Of a DNA stretch of 32,000 bases, positions 1 through 8,600 are shown in pieces. The DNA is from Dubosiella newyorkensis (GTDB taxonomy: Bacteria; Bacillota_I; Bacilli_A; Erysipelotrichales; Erysipelotrichaceae), in the NCBI RefSeq assembly GCF_001945605.1, contig NZ_MPKA01000052.1:1452-33451 (forward strand), in the 5' to 3' direction. Each line of letters begins with the position of its first letter. Within the stretch, counting starts at the first letter, position 1. Below the pieces are notes generated by a model that saw only the letters and a program-made list of their open reading frames with translations, did not search any database and was not told the DNA's origin. The translations under genes and the position numbers were made by a program.

Positions 1-673
1 AAAAAGCTCAATAGAGTCCATGGTGTTTGGTTGGTTTTGGTGGATGTATTGACTGGTCGAGTGCTTTCTCCTGTGGATGTGTTTGGTCGATTGCTTCCTT
101 CTTCGACTGCGAACTGCATTTGCAGATCGGCTAGCGTGGATTGATAATCGTTGCCTTGGGTTTCTCCGTCTAGAGATACGCGCAATTCGATCTTTCCTTC
201 TTGGCTTTTTTGCAGCGTGTCTAGATAAAACCATTGTTCCATCGATTGATCGACGCCATGTAAGCCTTCGTTGTTTTGCGTACGATCTTCACCACCGACA
301 GATTCAGAATCAAAGAGAGTTTGGACTCGTCCATTCACGCCTGTATACGTGAGCTTGTAGGTATAGGCGCCTCCTTGAGCGACGTTGACCGAGTCTTCTA
401 ATGAGCTTAAGATTTTATGAGACATATACCATTCGGTGGATTTGTTGTTTTGATTGTCCAGCTTGATTTGGAGGATAGCTTCGTCGCCTGGCTGCATTTG
501 ATAGATCGTATCGTCGATCGAACCGGTCGTAAAATTGCTTTCCATCTTTTCGTTTTTTGTGAATGTCACTTTCCAATCGTTTCCTCCAGGAATCGTTTGG
601 GCAAAGGCAGGTTGGAAAAGAGCGCTCAATCCAAGCAAGGAAGCTAAAGAATATTTTATGAGTGTTTTATGCA
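1..673 (-). CDS. Secreted protein with TasA/camelysin-like terminal strand motif. The 5' end is complete and the 3' end runs off the window (at least 224 aa).
   Basis: Absent from the ORF track because there is no stop in the window. The reverse-strand ATG at 673-671 is preceded by GAAAGGAAGG. Translation begins MHKTLIKYSLASLLGLSALFQPAFA/QTIPGG, a classical signal peptide with an AFA site, and the frame stays open to position 1. The segment GNDYQSTLADLQMQFAVEE resembles the final strand of TasA/camelysin-family proteins. The gene follows the previous stop (690) by 16 nt. Confidence 0.6.
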
Positions 674-689
674 TCGTTTTCCTTCCTTT

Positions 690-1460
690 CTAATTGCGCG
701 ACAAGGTCGTTCCATTGACTGCGATTTGTTTTCCCCATGAAGAATGGATCGCTTCGGCTGCGTTGTGTTCTTGGATCGCATCGACTTTGGCTTCGACACA
801 AAACTTTAATTTATCGTAAGTATAGTAGGATGTTGTGACTTTTTTTCCGTCTTCGATGGTTTCAACGACTTTTTTGTGTTCTTGCAGCTTGCCGTCGATC
901 TTGATCGAGTCGATGAGTGGTGTTGTTTTCTTTCCGACTTCAAGCAAGTTTTTGTAGTAATAGACGGCTCGTTCGGCTGTGTCTTCGTCGATTTGGAACC
1001 AATCGTCTTTATTGACATAGTTGAGTTCGATCAAGTCTGGATCGAGAGTCGTGACTTTTTGGTCGTTTTCATCGAGCCAATATTTTGTGATCGTGACGCG
1101 AACGAATTCTGGGATCTGTCCTGAATTTTGAACTTCGAGCACGGTTGGATAGCGTTTTCCAAGTTTGATATTTTCTTCCACATCACTGAAAAGTAGGCCG
1201 GTGTTTTGAATATCGTTGGCGTTGTTGTTTTCGTTCCAGTTTCCTTCGGATTGATAGTCGCGGCTCGAAATGACTTTATCGTTTTCTAACAAACTTACAC
1301 CAATTTGAGTGAGTTGGAGTCTTGAGTTGTAGGTTGGCGAAAAGTATGTGAGCGCGGCTTTTGTTGTTCCGATGCCGGATTGGATGAGCAAGACGGCTGC
1401 CAATACAAGTAGTGTGATCGTCGTTGCGGGTTTGGATAGAAAATCTTTGATGTGTTTCAT
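690..1460 (-). CDS. Secreted TasA/camelysin-like protein with a SipW-type (YF-S/T) signal-peptide junction, 256 aa
   Basis: ORF track entry. SD GAGGAGGAAG lies upstream. The N-terminal TM segment ends in TTKAALTYFSP. The motifs EFVRVTITKYW and KVDAIQEHNAAEAIHSSWG are as I recall them for clostridial TasA-like families. The ATGA start/stop overlaps the upstream gene at 1457-1460. Confidence 0.7.
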   Translation of the reverse strand: MKHIKDFLSKPATTITLLVLAAVLLIQSGIGTTKAALTYFSPTYNSRLQLTQIGVSLLENDKVISSRDYQSEGNWNENNNANDIQNTGLLFSDVEENIKLGKRYPTVLEVQNSGQIPEFVRVTITKYWLDENDQKVTTLDPDLIELNYVNKDDWFQIDEDTAERAVYYYKNLLEVGKKTTPLIDSIKIDGKLQEHKKVVETIEDGKKVTTSYYTYDKLKFCVEAKVDAIQEHNAAEAIHSSWGKQIAVNGTTLSRN

Positions 1461-1969
1461 GATCTTCCTCCTCTTTCGATTTGTATCGCTTTGCCCCAGT
1501 TTGGCGAAAGGGCGTTGCCGTCTTCGTCAAATTCTACGGGTACCGATTCTGAAAGCACGACGACGTTGAATTCGGTTGGCGTGTTTTCTTGATCGGGTTC
1601 GATCTTGATCAACAAAGGGTTTGTGGATGTGTTTTGTTCTGTTAAATAGGTGTTGTAATAGTAATATCCATCATTTCCTTGGCTCCAGCCTTGGGATGGT
1701 GTGTAGGTCAATGTCGTGTTTGTTGGCGCGATCGCTAGTACACGGACATAGACGGGTTGGGAGCCTTCTTCTAGAGTGACTGTCACGCTTTTTTGGAGTG
1801 GTCCTGGAATCTCTTCTTCAATTTTGGTTTCATGGCTTAAGTTGATTTCTTTGACGCCTCTTCCTGCTACGTAGGTTGTAAAGTAGGCGTAGGCTTGTGG
1901 GAGCGTAAAGAAAAGGATGCCGCATAATGCGAGGCAGGATAGTATCAAATTCCACGTTCTTTTCATCAT
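1457..1969 (-). CDS. Small secreted TasA/camelysin-like protein with an AYAYFTT SipW-type signal junction, 170 aa
   Basis: ORF track entry. SD GAGGAGG lies upstream. The signal peptide reads LALCGILFFTLPQAYA/YFTTYVAG. The start is ATGATGA and overlaps the stop of the upstream gene at 1966-1968. A second in-frame ATG at 1966 is an alternative start. Confidence 0.7.
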   Translation of the reverse strand: MMKRTWNLILSCLALCGILFFTLPQAYAYFTTYVAGRGVKEINLSHETKIEEEIPGPLQKSVTVTLEEGSQPVYVRVLAIAPTNTTLTYTPSQGWSQGNDGYYYYNTYLTEQNTSTNPLLIKIEPDQENTPTEFNVVVLSESVPVEFDEDGNALSPNWGKAIQIERGGRS

Positions 1970-2982
1970 TGTCCTCCTCGGTCTTGTTCTAAGTCGTTGC
2001 CGTTGTTGGTGTACTGGTTTTTGATCGAGCTTCCGTGATGGTCGGTATTGTTCGAGTCGTTTTTAAACGAGACGGCACTGATTTCATCTCCGATTTGGGC
2101 GATCGTTCCCGTTTGGAGTTTTTCTTCGGTTGGAATGTACGAGGCGCCCGAATAGATTTCTGTGACTTCTACGTACGATCCGACAGGAATGCAATCAAGG
2201 ATTTCGATCGTGTCGTTTCCGGAAGCGTTCATTACGATCGTTTCTACGTTTGAGTAGACGAGTTCACTTTTGGTTTCATCGGTGTAGGCGTCGATTTTAT
2301 AGACGAAGGTGGCGGGTCCGTTGCCGTCGTGTCGTTCGAGTGTTTTGTGGATGCGGAGTGATCCGTTTCGAAGTTCTTGTTCGACTTTGAGCGTGATGGT
2401 CGTATCGTATTTCCAGTCGGTTGGGTTGGCGGTCGAGATTACGTCATCCACTTTTTCTTTGGTTGGCAAGGAAAAGAGGATGGGTGTGTATAAATATTCA
2501 TACTTCCCGGATTGGGAGATGGTGATCGTTTCTCCGCGCATGTTCTTTTTGGAATACGTTTCTAGATCGCTTCCTCTTGGTACGGCTAGATAGAGTCCGG
2601 ATTCGATCGTTTCTTTCTCGTTCAGTCGTGTTTGGGTGATTGGTTGGATCGATTGTTCGAGAATGAGGTCGAGCGCGTCGGAGGCGATACGAGTGTATTT
2701 GGTTTCGTCAAGTGTTTCTAAGTTTTCAAACTCGGAGGCGAGTGGTGAAAATTCTTCGTTGATCGAGAAGGAGTAGGTGTCATAGTTTGGATCGGGCACG
2801 ATACTTCCTATCTTGTATAGGTCGATCTGTAAAGATGAGTTTTTGATGTCTTCATCGCCGGCATGGACAAATTCTACTGAGCATGGCACGCCGGTGTCGA
2901 TGGCGAGTGTTTTTTGATGAAAACTAAAGCCGGCTATGAGGATGGAAGCAACGGCTAGGATCCATAGCTTTTTCTTTTTCAT
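1966..2982 (-). CDS. Secreted pilin-like (CnaB/SpaA-fold-like) protein that lacks an LPXTG sorting signal, 338 aa
   Basis: The ORF track begins at a GTG (3000). An ATG at 2982 with SD GGAAAGGA 8 nt upstream gives MKKKKLWILAVASILIAGFSF, a typical signal peptide. The C-terminal half (GSLRIHKTL..FVYKIDAY..VEVTEIYSGASY) looks like a CnaB-type pilin domain with an E-box-like segment. The C-terminus ..DLEQDRGGQ has no LPXTG or TM tail. Confidence 0.7.
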   Translation of the reverse strand: MKKKKLWILAVASILIAGFSFHQKTLAIDTGVPCSVEFVHAGDEDIKNSSLQIDLYKIGSIVPDPNYDTYSFSINEEFSPLASEFENLETLDETKYTRIASDALDLILEQSIQPITQTRLNEKETIESGLYLAVPRGSDLETYSKKNMRGETITISQSGKYEYLYTPILFSLPTKEKVDDVISTANPTDWKYDTTITLKVEQELRNGSLRIHKTLERHDGNGPATFVYKIDAYTDETKSELVYSNVETIVMNASGNDTIEILDCIPVGSYVEVTEIYSGASYIPTEEKLQTGTIAQIGDEISAVSFKNDSNNTDHHGSSIKNQYTNNGNDLEQDRGGQ

Positions 2983-3004
2983 AATCTTTTTCCTTTCCAC
3001 TTTT

Positions 3005-3826
3005 CTATTTCTTAAAACGATCTTTCAAGAAGATCCATCCAACGAGGAAGAAGAGGATCGTTCCTGCGATAACGATGGCTACAAGATTTCGGTCGAACAA
3101 GGAGGCGTCTTGGCTTCCATCCCCTTCGAGGGCGTTTGGAACCCGATGACCTCGCACAAGCAAACGATGGGAATTGATTCCATAGGGTGTACAGGTCACG
3201 AGTGTCATTAAATCTTGGCCTGGAACGATTTCAAGGTCGGATGTTTCTTCCGGAAGCACAGTGCGGATCTGATCGACTTCATAGGTCAATGTTTTTCCTA
3301 ATACGCGAACCGTAAATGTGTCGCCTTCGACGAGCTTGGTAATGTCGGTAAACAGGCGGGCACTTGGTAGTCCTCGATGTCCAGATATGACGGCATGGGT
3401 GCTTTCTCCTCCAACAGGAAGCGAGCTTCCTTCAATGTGGCCCACATTTTTTTGGAGCAGGTCTTCATCTGTTCCATGAAAAATAGGCAAATTGATATTC
3501 GCTTTTGGGATGTTGACCGATCCCATCAATCCATCGTCGTTCACGTTCAATGTTTTTTCATAAAGTTCATGCATTTCTTCGGAAGGAAAGTAGCGATTCT
3601 TTTCTTCCAGAAGCAGTTGGTTGTATTTGACGGCGTCGGCATACATCAGTTCAAGATCTTCTTCTTGAAGCTTAGCGACCGCTTCGTCGTATGTCGCGAC
3701 AGCACGGGCCGCATACATTTCATTCCACCAATTGGCGATTGTAGGATACAACAGCAAGGACAGGCCTACCGTGAAAGCCACAATCAGCAGAATTGTCGTA
3801 AAATTCTTTTGTATGTATTTTTTCAT
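3005..3826 (-). CDS. srtC: Class C (pilus-polymerising) sortase
   Basis: Catalytic TLVTCTP (TLxTC) motif, His in AVISGHRG and Arg in LLVRGHR. It has an N-terminal signal anchor and a C-terminal TM helix (LVAIVIAGTILFFLVGWIF), as in class C sortases. SD AAGGAG lies 9 nt upstream. Confidence 0.9.
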   Translation of the reverse strand: MKKYIQKNFTTILLIVAFTVGLSLLLYPTIANWWNEMYAARAVATYDEAVAKLQEEDLELMYADAVKYNQLLLEEKNRYFPSEEMHELYEKTLNVNDDGLMGSVNIPKANINLPIFHGTDEDLLQKNVGHIEGSSLPVGGESTHAVISGHRGLPSARLFTDITKLVEGDTFTVRVLGKTLTYEVDQIRTVLPEETSDLEIVPGQDLMTLVTCTPYGINSHRLLVRGHRVPNALEGDGSQDASLFDRNLVAIVIAGTILFFLVGWIFLKDRFKK

Positions 3827-3852
3827 GTAGGACTCTCCTTACCATTGCGGCA

Positions 3853-3881
3853 AGAGAAAGAGCAGTAAAAGCTCTTCTCTC
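3853..3881 (-). promoter_or_regulatory. Intercistronic stem-loop between the major pilin and sortase genes, with no U-tract
   Basis: Arms AGAGAAAGAGC (3853-3863) and GCTCTTCTCT (3871-3880) pair with one bulge. The hairpin lies in the 97-nt gap after the pilin stop and is not followed by a T-run on the minus strand. Confidence 0.3.
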
Positions 3882-3923
3882 TAACAATGGCTAATCAACT
3901 TTAAACAAAATCTTTTTAAGATC

Positions 3924-5585
3924 TTATCCTTCGTTGCTCATTCTTTTTTTCGTGATCAACAAGATCGCAGAACCTACTAGGAGCACTCCACCGATCACGT
4001 AGAGCATTGTGGTTCCCATGCCACCAGTTTCAGGGAGGGTAGTTCCTTTGGTGTTTAAGATGTTTCCGGTAACAACACCTGTATTTGTATCCCCGGTTCC
4101 ACTTGTACCATCGACAGTCATAGTTAAATCAGTAACACTACTTCCATCATGATCTGCAGTGATTTTTATTTCAAATGGATTTGCTGGAGTATTGTATCCA
4201 GTTGGTGCAACAACCTCATATAACTTATAATCACCAGCATCTAAACCAATAATGCTAAATGTTCCATCTTTCGCAGACTTAATATTTCCTTCCTTTGGAA
4301 GACTCTCTTTTTTTCCATCCCATTTTGTCCACATAGTAATCTTGCCATTAGTTACTAAGGCATATTCATTATTGTTTCTAGTAATGATAAATTCAGCACC
4401 TTCTAATTTTTCGGTTGTTAAAGCTCCATCCACTTTAGTCCCATTTAATGTAAAGTTATATACATAAACCGTTTTTTCTGTTGTTTCCCCATCTCCACCA
4501 GTATTTGGATTATTAGAATATTCTAGCTTTACTTTATTGTTTTCTTGGAAAGCAGCACTACTATTTAAAGTCGCTGTATATTCAATAACAATAAAATCAC
4601 CTGCTGTAATATATCGTTTAGAGGAACCATATGGAGTAGTTTTTAAATCTGGTAAATTTACTGAAAAGCTTCCTCCGCCATTATCCAATGTTTCATCAGT
4701 TAAAGTATAATGGTTACTACCAATCAAATTGGTTTTTACCAACCCTTCCTCATCGTATGTTAAAACACCGTTAACTTCTTTTGCAGACACGCTATATACT
4801 TTTATATCATCATTAAATGATAATCCGTTAGATAAAGTATCTATAAAATTAAACTTATATGTATCATAATGAGTCATATCTGGAACTTGAGCAGATAGTC
4901 TAAATGTAATGCTATCTCCAATACTATAGTCAGCTGAATTACCAAAACCTTGACTCTTTCCATTTTCTTTATCCTCGACTTCTTTGGTTACATCAACATC
5001 TTCTGTTTTAGGTTTAATCGTAATATCACCTACTACTTGAAGAACTGCTGGGTTTACAGAACCCGTAGTAGTCTCATCAACGATCAAGTAATATCCATCT
5101 TGAACAAGTGCAGAATATTCACCATTTTCGGGTTTCAACACTGTTTTATCAACGTTATCAGGAATCTTTTTATCTTCAGCATCATTATCTGCTAATACAT
5201 CATAGATAACCTTTGCTAACTTAATTCCTTGGTCATCGGTAAAACCATCAAGTGCTTTAGCAACTTCTTTTGCTTCTGATGTAGTTTTAAGTTTTTTAAC
5301 AGCATCAACATCTGTGAAGTTATTTTTAAGACTATTAATCAATGTTGTTTCTGCCTGTGCACTTGTAATTGCGTCACCCCAAGTTACATCAGCTAAAACT
5401 TCATCAGGAGTATCTCCTGATTTTGTTCCTTTAAAAATTTGATAAGCAGTAAATGTACGCCCAGACAAATTAGTTTTTCCTGTTTCAGTTTCGACTGTAA
5501 CCTTCGCTGCCGAAACAGAAGTCGTTAATGCAAAAGCCATCGCTAATGCAACAACACTTCCAAACAATTTTTTAATCATTTTCAT
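3924..5585 (-). CDS. LPXTG-anchored major (backbone) pilin, SpaA/RrgB-like, 553 aa
   Basis: Signal peptide ..LTTSVSA/AKV. Pilin-motif lysine context DITIKPKTEDVDVTKE. E-box YKLYEVVAPTGY. Sorting signal LPETGG (4020-4037) followed by a hydrophobic helix and a KKR tail. SD AAAGGA lies upstream. Confidence 0.85.
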   Translation of the reverse strand: MKMIKKLFGSVVALAMAFALTTSVSAAKVTVETETGKTNLSGRTFTAYQIFKGTKSGDTPDEVLADVTWGDAITSAQAETTLINSLKNNFTDVDAVKKLKTTSEAKEVAKALDGFTDDQGIKLAKVIYDVLADNDAEDKKIPDNVDKTVLKPENGEYSALVQDGYYLIVDETTTGSVNPAVLQVVGDITIKPKTEDVDVTKEVEDKENGKSQGFGNSADYSIGDSITFRLSAQVPDMTHYDTYKFNFIDTLSNGLSFNDDIKVYSVSAKEVNGVLTYDEEGLVKTNLIGSNHYTLTDETLDNGGGSFSVNLPDLKTTPYGSSKRYITAGDFIVIEYTATLNSSAAFQENNKVKLEYSNNPNTGGDGETTEKTVYVYNFTLNGTKVDGALTTEKLEGAEFIITRNNNEYALVTNGKITMWTKWDGKKESLPKEGNIKSAKDGTFSIIGLDAGDYKLYEVVAPTGYNTPANPFEIKITADHDGSSVTDLTMTVDGTSGTGDTNTGVVTGNILNTKGTTLPETGGMGTTMLYVIGGVLLVGSAILLITKKRMSNEG

Positions 5586-5688
5586 GAATTTATTCCTTTC
5601 TTTAATTTCTCAAAAAACATGAGTTTATAACTTTCTTGTTATAATCCCTTTCATAAAGTTAAATAAATGAACTCTCTATTCTATTCCC

Positions 5689-8600
5689 TTATTTTTTCTT
5701 CTTGCTCCACCATCCCTTCTTTCGAAGTATTACCACATAGCCAGAAGTAGCGATCACGCTAATTCCACTGGCCATGATTGGTGGCTCAATGCCAATACCT
5801 CCCGTTTCTGGGAGCGCAAAATACTTGTTATTAAACACCTTTACATAATGACTTAAACTCGAACCGCTTTTTATAGTACCAATAATTGTGTATGTACCAT
5901 TTTCCGGTTTTTTTTCTGGTTCTTTTATGTCACAAGCACTACCTGTACTCAAACAAGATGAAACAAAAGTTAAGTCTTTCTCGTTTGAATTTATATTTTC
6001 AGTGATTTTATAATGAGAATTAATCGGCAAATATTTGATGATAGCATACTGATTGTTCTTCAATAAAATTTTTCCTCTACTATGGAATGTAACATTTGAA
6101 CGTTTCTCATCAATTATGTCATTTCCGTTTGAAGATTTAGTATAAACAGTCAAAGCATATTCATTTGCTAATTCATTGCCATTCTGATCACTCAACACTA
6201 TTTCGAATTCATAATCTTTATCTGGATCAGGATCGTTTGACTGCTTTTCTAAACGAAGTTCTCCAGTTGCATTTTCAGGAGTTTTAGAAACTACATTTGG
6301 CAATGTATATTCCATATAACAAGAAGACCCCGCTTGACCACGTTCTAAATAATAAACTGTTAAAGTATGCTTACCAGATGATAAATTGTCTCCTAATGCT
6401 TGTCGTATATCTACTTCAGCGCCAATTGATTGATGGACACCTCCAATGTCACAAATCAACTGATCATCTAAGAATACCCACATATCGTCATCTCCATAGA
6501 AGAAATAACGTAAAGGTCCTGTATAGTTTTCATCTAAGATAAAATCAACTTGGTATTTCATACCAAATAAAGTGTTATGATCTTGATCATCATCACTTTT
6601 ATAGGTTCCATTAAAACCATAAGTATTACCGTTATACTTTAATTGAGGTTGATTGTTTGGGGATCCATAATTTTTGGTCGTATCTAAATTATCTAAAGGC
6701 CAAAATCCATTATAATGAAATCTGTTTTTTTGTTGTCCTGCAGGGGTGTAAGCATCCTTTGTTAAAAATTGATTTAACGTGTCTTTATTGTAGTTATTTG
6801 GTCCTGAAACACCATAAAGTGAATAGGTGTCTCCGGTCCTATCGAATTTTAAAGAACCGTCTAATCTAACGGATTTCCCTATTGCTGTTCCTTCATCAAA
6901 CAATTTAGGTGCATTTACTGCATATTGAAGATGTCCGTCAGAATCTAAAGCGCTATTTACTAATCCAAATATTGGGTGAGATCGAACAGCTCTGTGCACA
7001 TCTATTGTTTTTGTATTGTTATTATTATCTTTTACAGTTTGAGTGGTAATGAATTCTAAATTTCCTGCCGACTGATTAATACTCTTATCGTTCTTGTTTA
7101 CATTTACTTGTGGATCATTGCTATAAAATTTTTCAGAAATATATTTATTTCCTAAAACTAAAGTTGGAGCATTTGTTGATGAATAATTTTTTTCATTATT
7201 AATCCCCACCCTACCATTATTATGGGTATAAATATTCAGATTAGTATCATAAAAATCATAATCCCAAAAAGACGTCTTTTCTGTAGCTTTGGATTCGGTT
7301 TCATTAAATACCAACCGAATTTCTGTTCCTTCTGTTATCAGATAATATTTCCCTTCAAAATCATTAGGTTGTAGAGGATCATATAAATCTTTGTGTTGAT
7401 CTGAATTTGTAAACCGAATATTTTTAGCTAAATCATTTGAATTGTAATTAAATTTAGACCAATTCGATTGTTCATTTGGTTTTATCCATATTTCTTTTAA
7501 ACAATACGATTCTACACCATCCAATTTATTAAAATAATCTAAGCTAGGAGCTTGATGAAATTTATACTTAGTCGACGAATAAATTTCTTCTGGTTCCTTA
7601 CCTAATTTTTTATTAAATTTTCCCTGAACATTTTTATAATCTTTATATTTAACAAATCCAGGGGCAAATTTCTCAGGAATTTTTGTCATATCTATAACTT
7701 GGAAAGTTGCATTTTGTCTTGCTGTTTTACCTTGATTCAAATCTTCATAAGTAGCTTCTTGGTTTTTATGGAGATATCCATAAATTTCTACTTCAAACTC
7801 AGGGTTAGGCGTTATTTGAATATTAAGAACCATAGGATCCGATGCATTTTGACTAAAAACTATAGGGGTATTAGTATAATTTTTGTTAATTAAAATACTA
7901 TCATTAGCCGTTTCCGCATCAATCAAATCTGTTTCTACCGTTTTGTTGATGTTCATTATAGAAACGCTAGCTCCTACTTCCGCCTCTGGCTTGACATCCT
8001 CCAGATCCTTCGTAGTATCATACTTCTCCACAAAAGCTTGAGTAGGTGTTAGCTCCGCATCAAACTTCTGATCCTCCAAATTGATCTCTTGGTCTTCCAC
8101 AAAGAATCTAAGCTTGTAGAATGACAAATCAAGCAACTGTTCAGGATCCGTATCCTTTTCGCTTTGTTCTTTTAGCTTTTGGATTTCGAGTTGATCTTCT
8201 TCATTTTGTGTTGTTTCATCGATCTTCTCGATTTGAAGTGTAGGAATTGGTTTATTTTCCTCTTCCTCTTGTTCTTGTTTCGCTTCTTCTTGGATCTGTT
8301 CCAATTCATCTTCGGAACGATTGATTTCTTCATCGATCTTGTCTTGGATGTTTTCTTCTGGTTCTAAGCTGAACTTTTTGATTTGGAGTTCGTTGTCTGT
8401 CGTTTTTTCTGTTTCTTCTTGTTCTTTGTTTTCTTCTTCTAGTTGTTTATTTTCTTCTTTTTGTTCTTCTTCTTGCTCGCCAGGAATCGATCTAGGCTTT
8501 AGAGTGAGCGTGAAGTCTTCTGTTTCTACTTTGAACTCTTCTGGAAGGCGATATTCGATCTCTTCTTTTGTTTCTTCGTTTTTGTCTTCTTTTTCTTCTT

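Noticed and set aside
77-647. Plus-strand ORFs 77-352 and 417-647 from the ORF track
   Set aside because: The opposite strand carries an open frame across the whole region with an SD, a signal peptide and operon context (partial CDS 1-673). The plus-strand products have no features.
4100-7950. Calling the AT-rich island a mobile element
   Set aside because: It has no integrase, transposase, terminal repeats or tRNA attachment site. Its boundaries fall inside intact ORFs, so homologous replacement is more plausible than an autonomous element.
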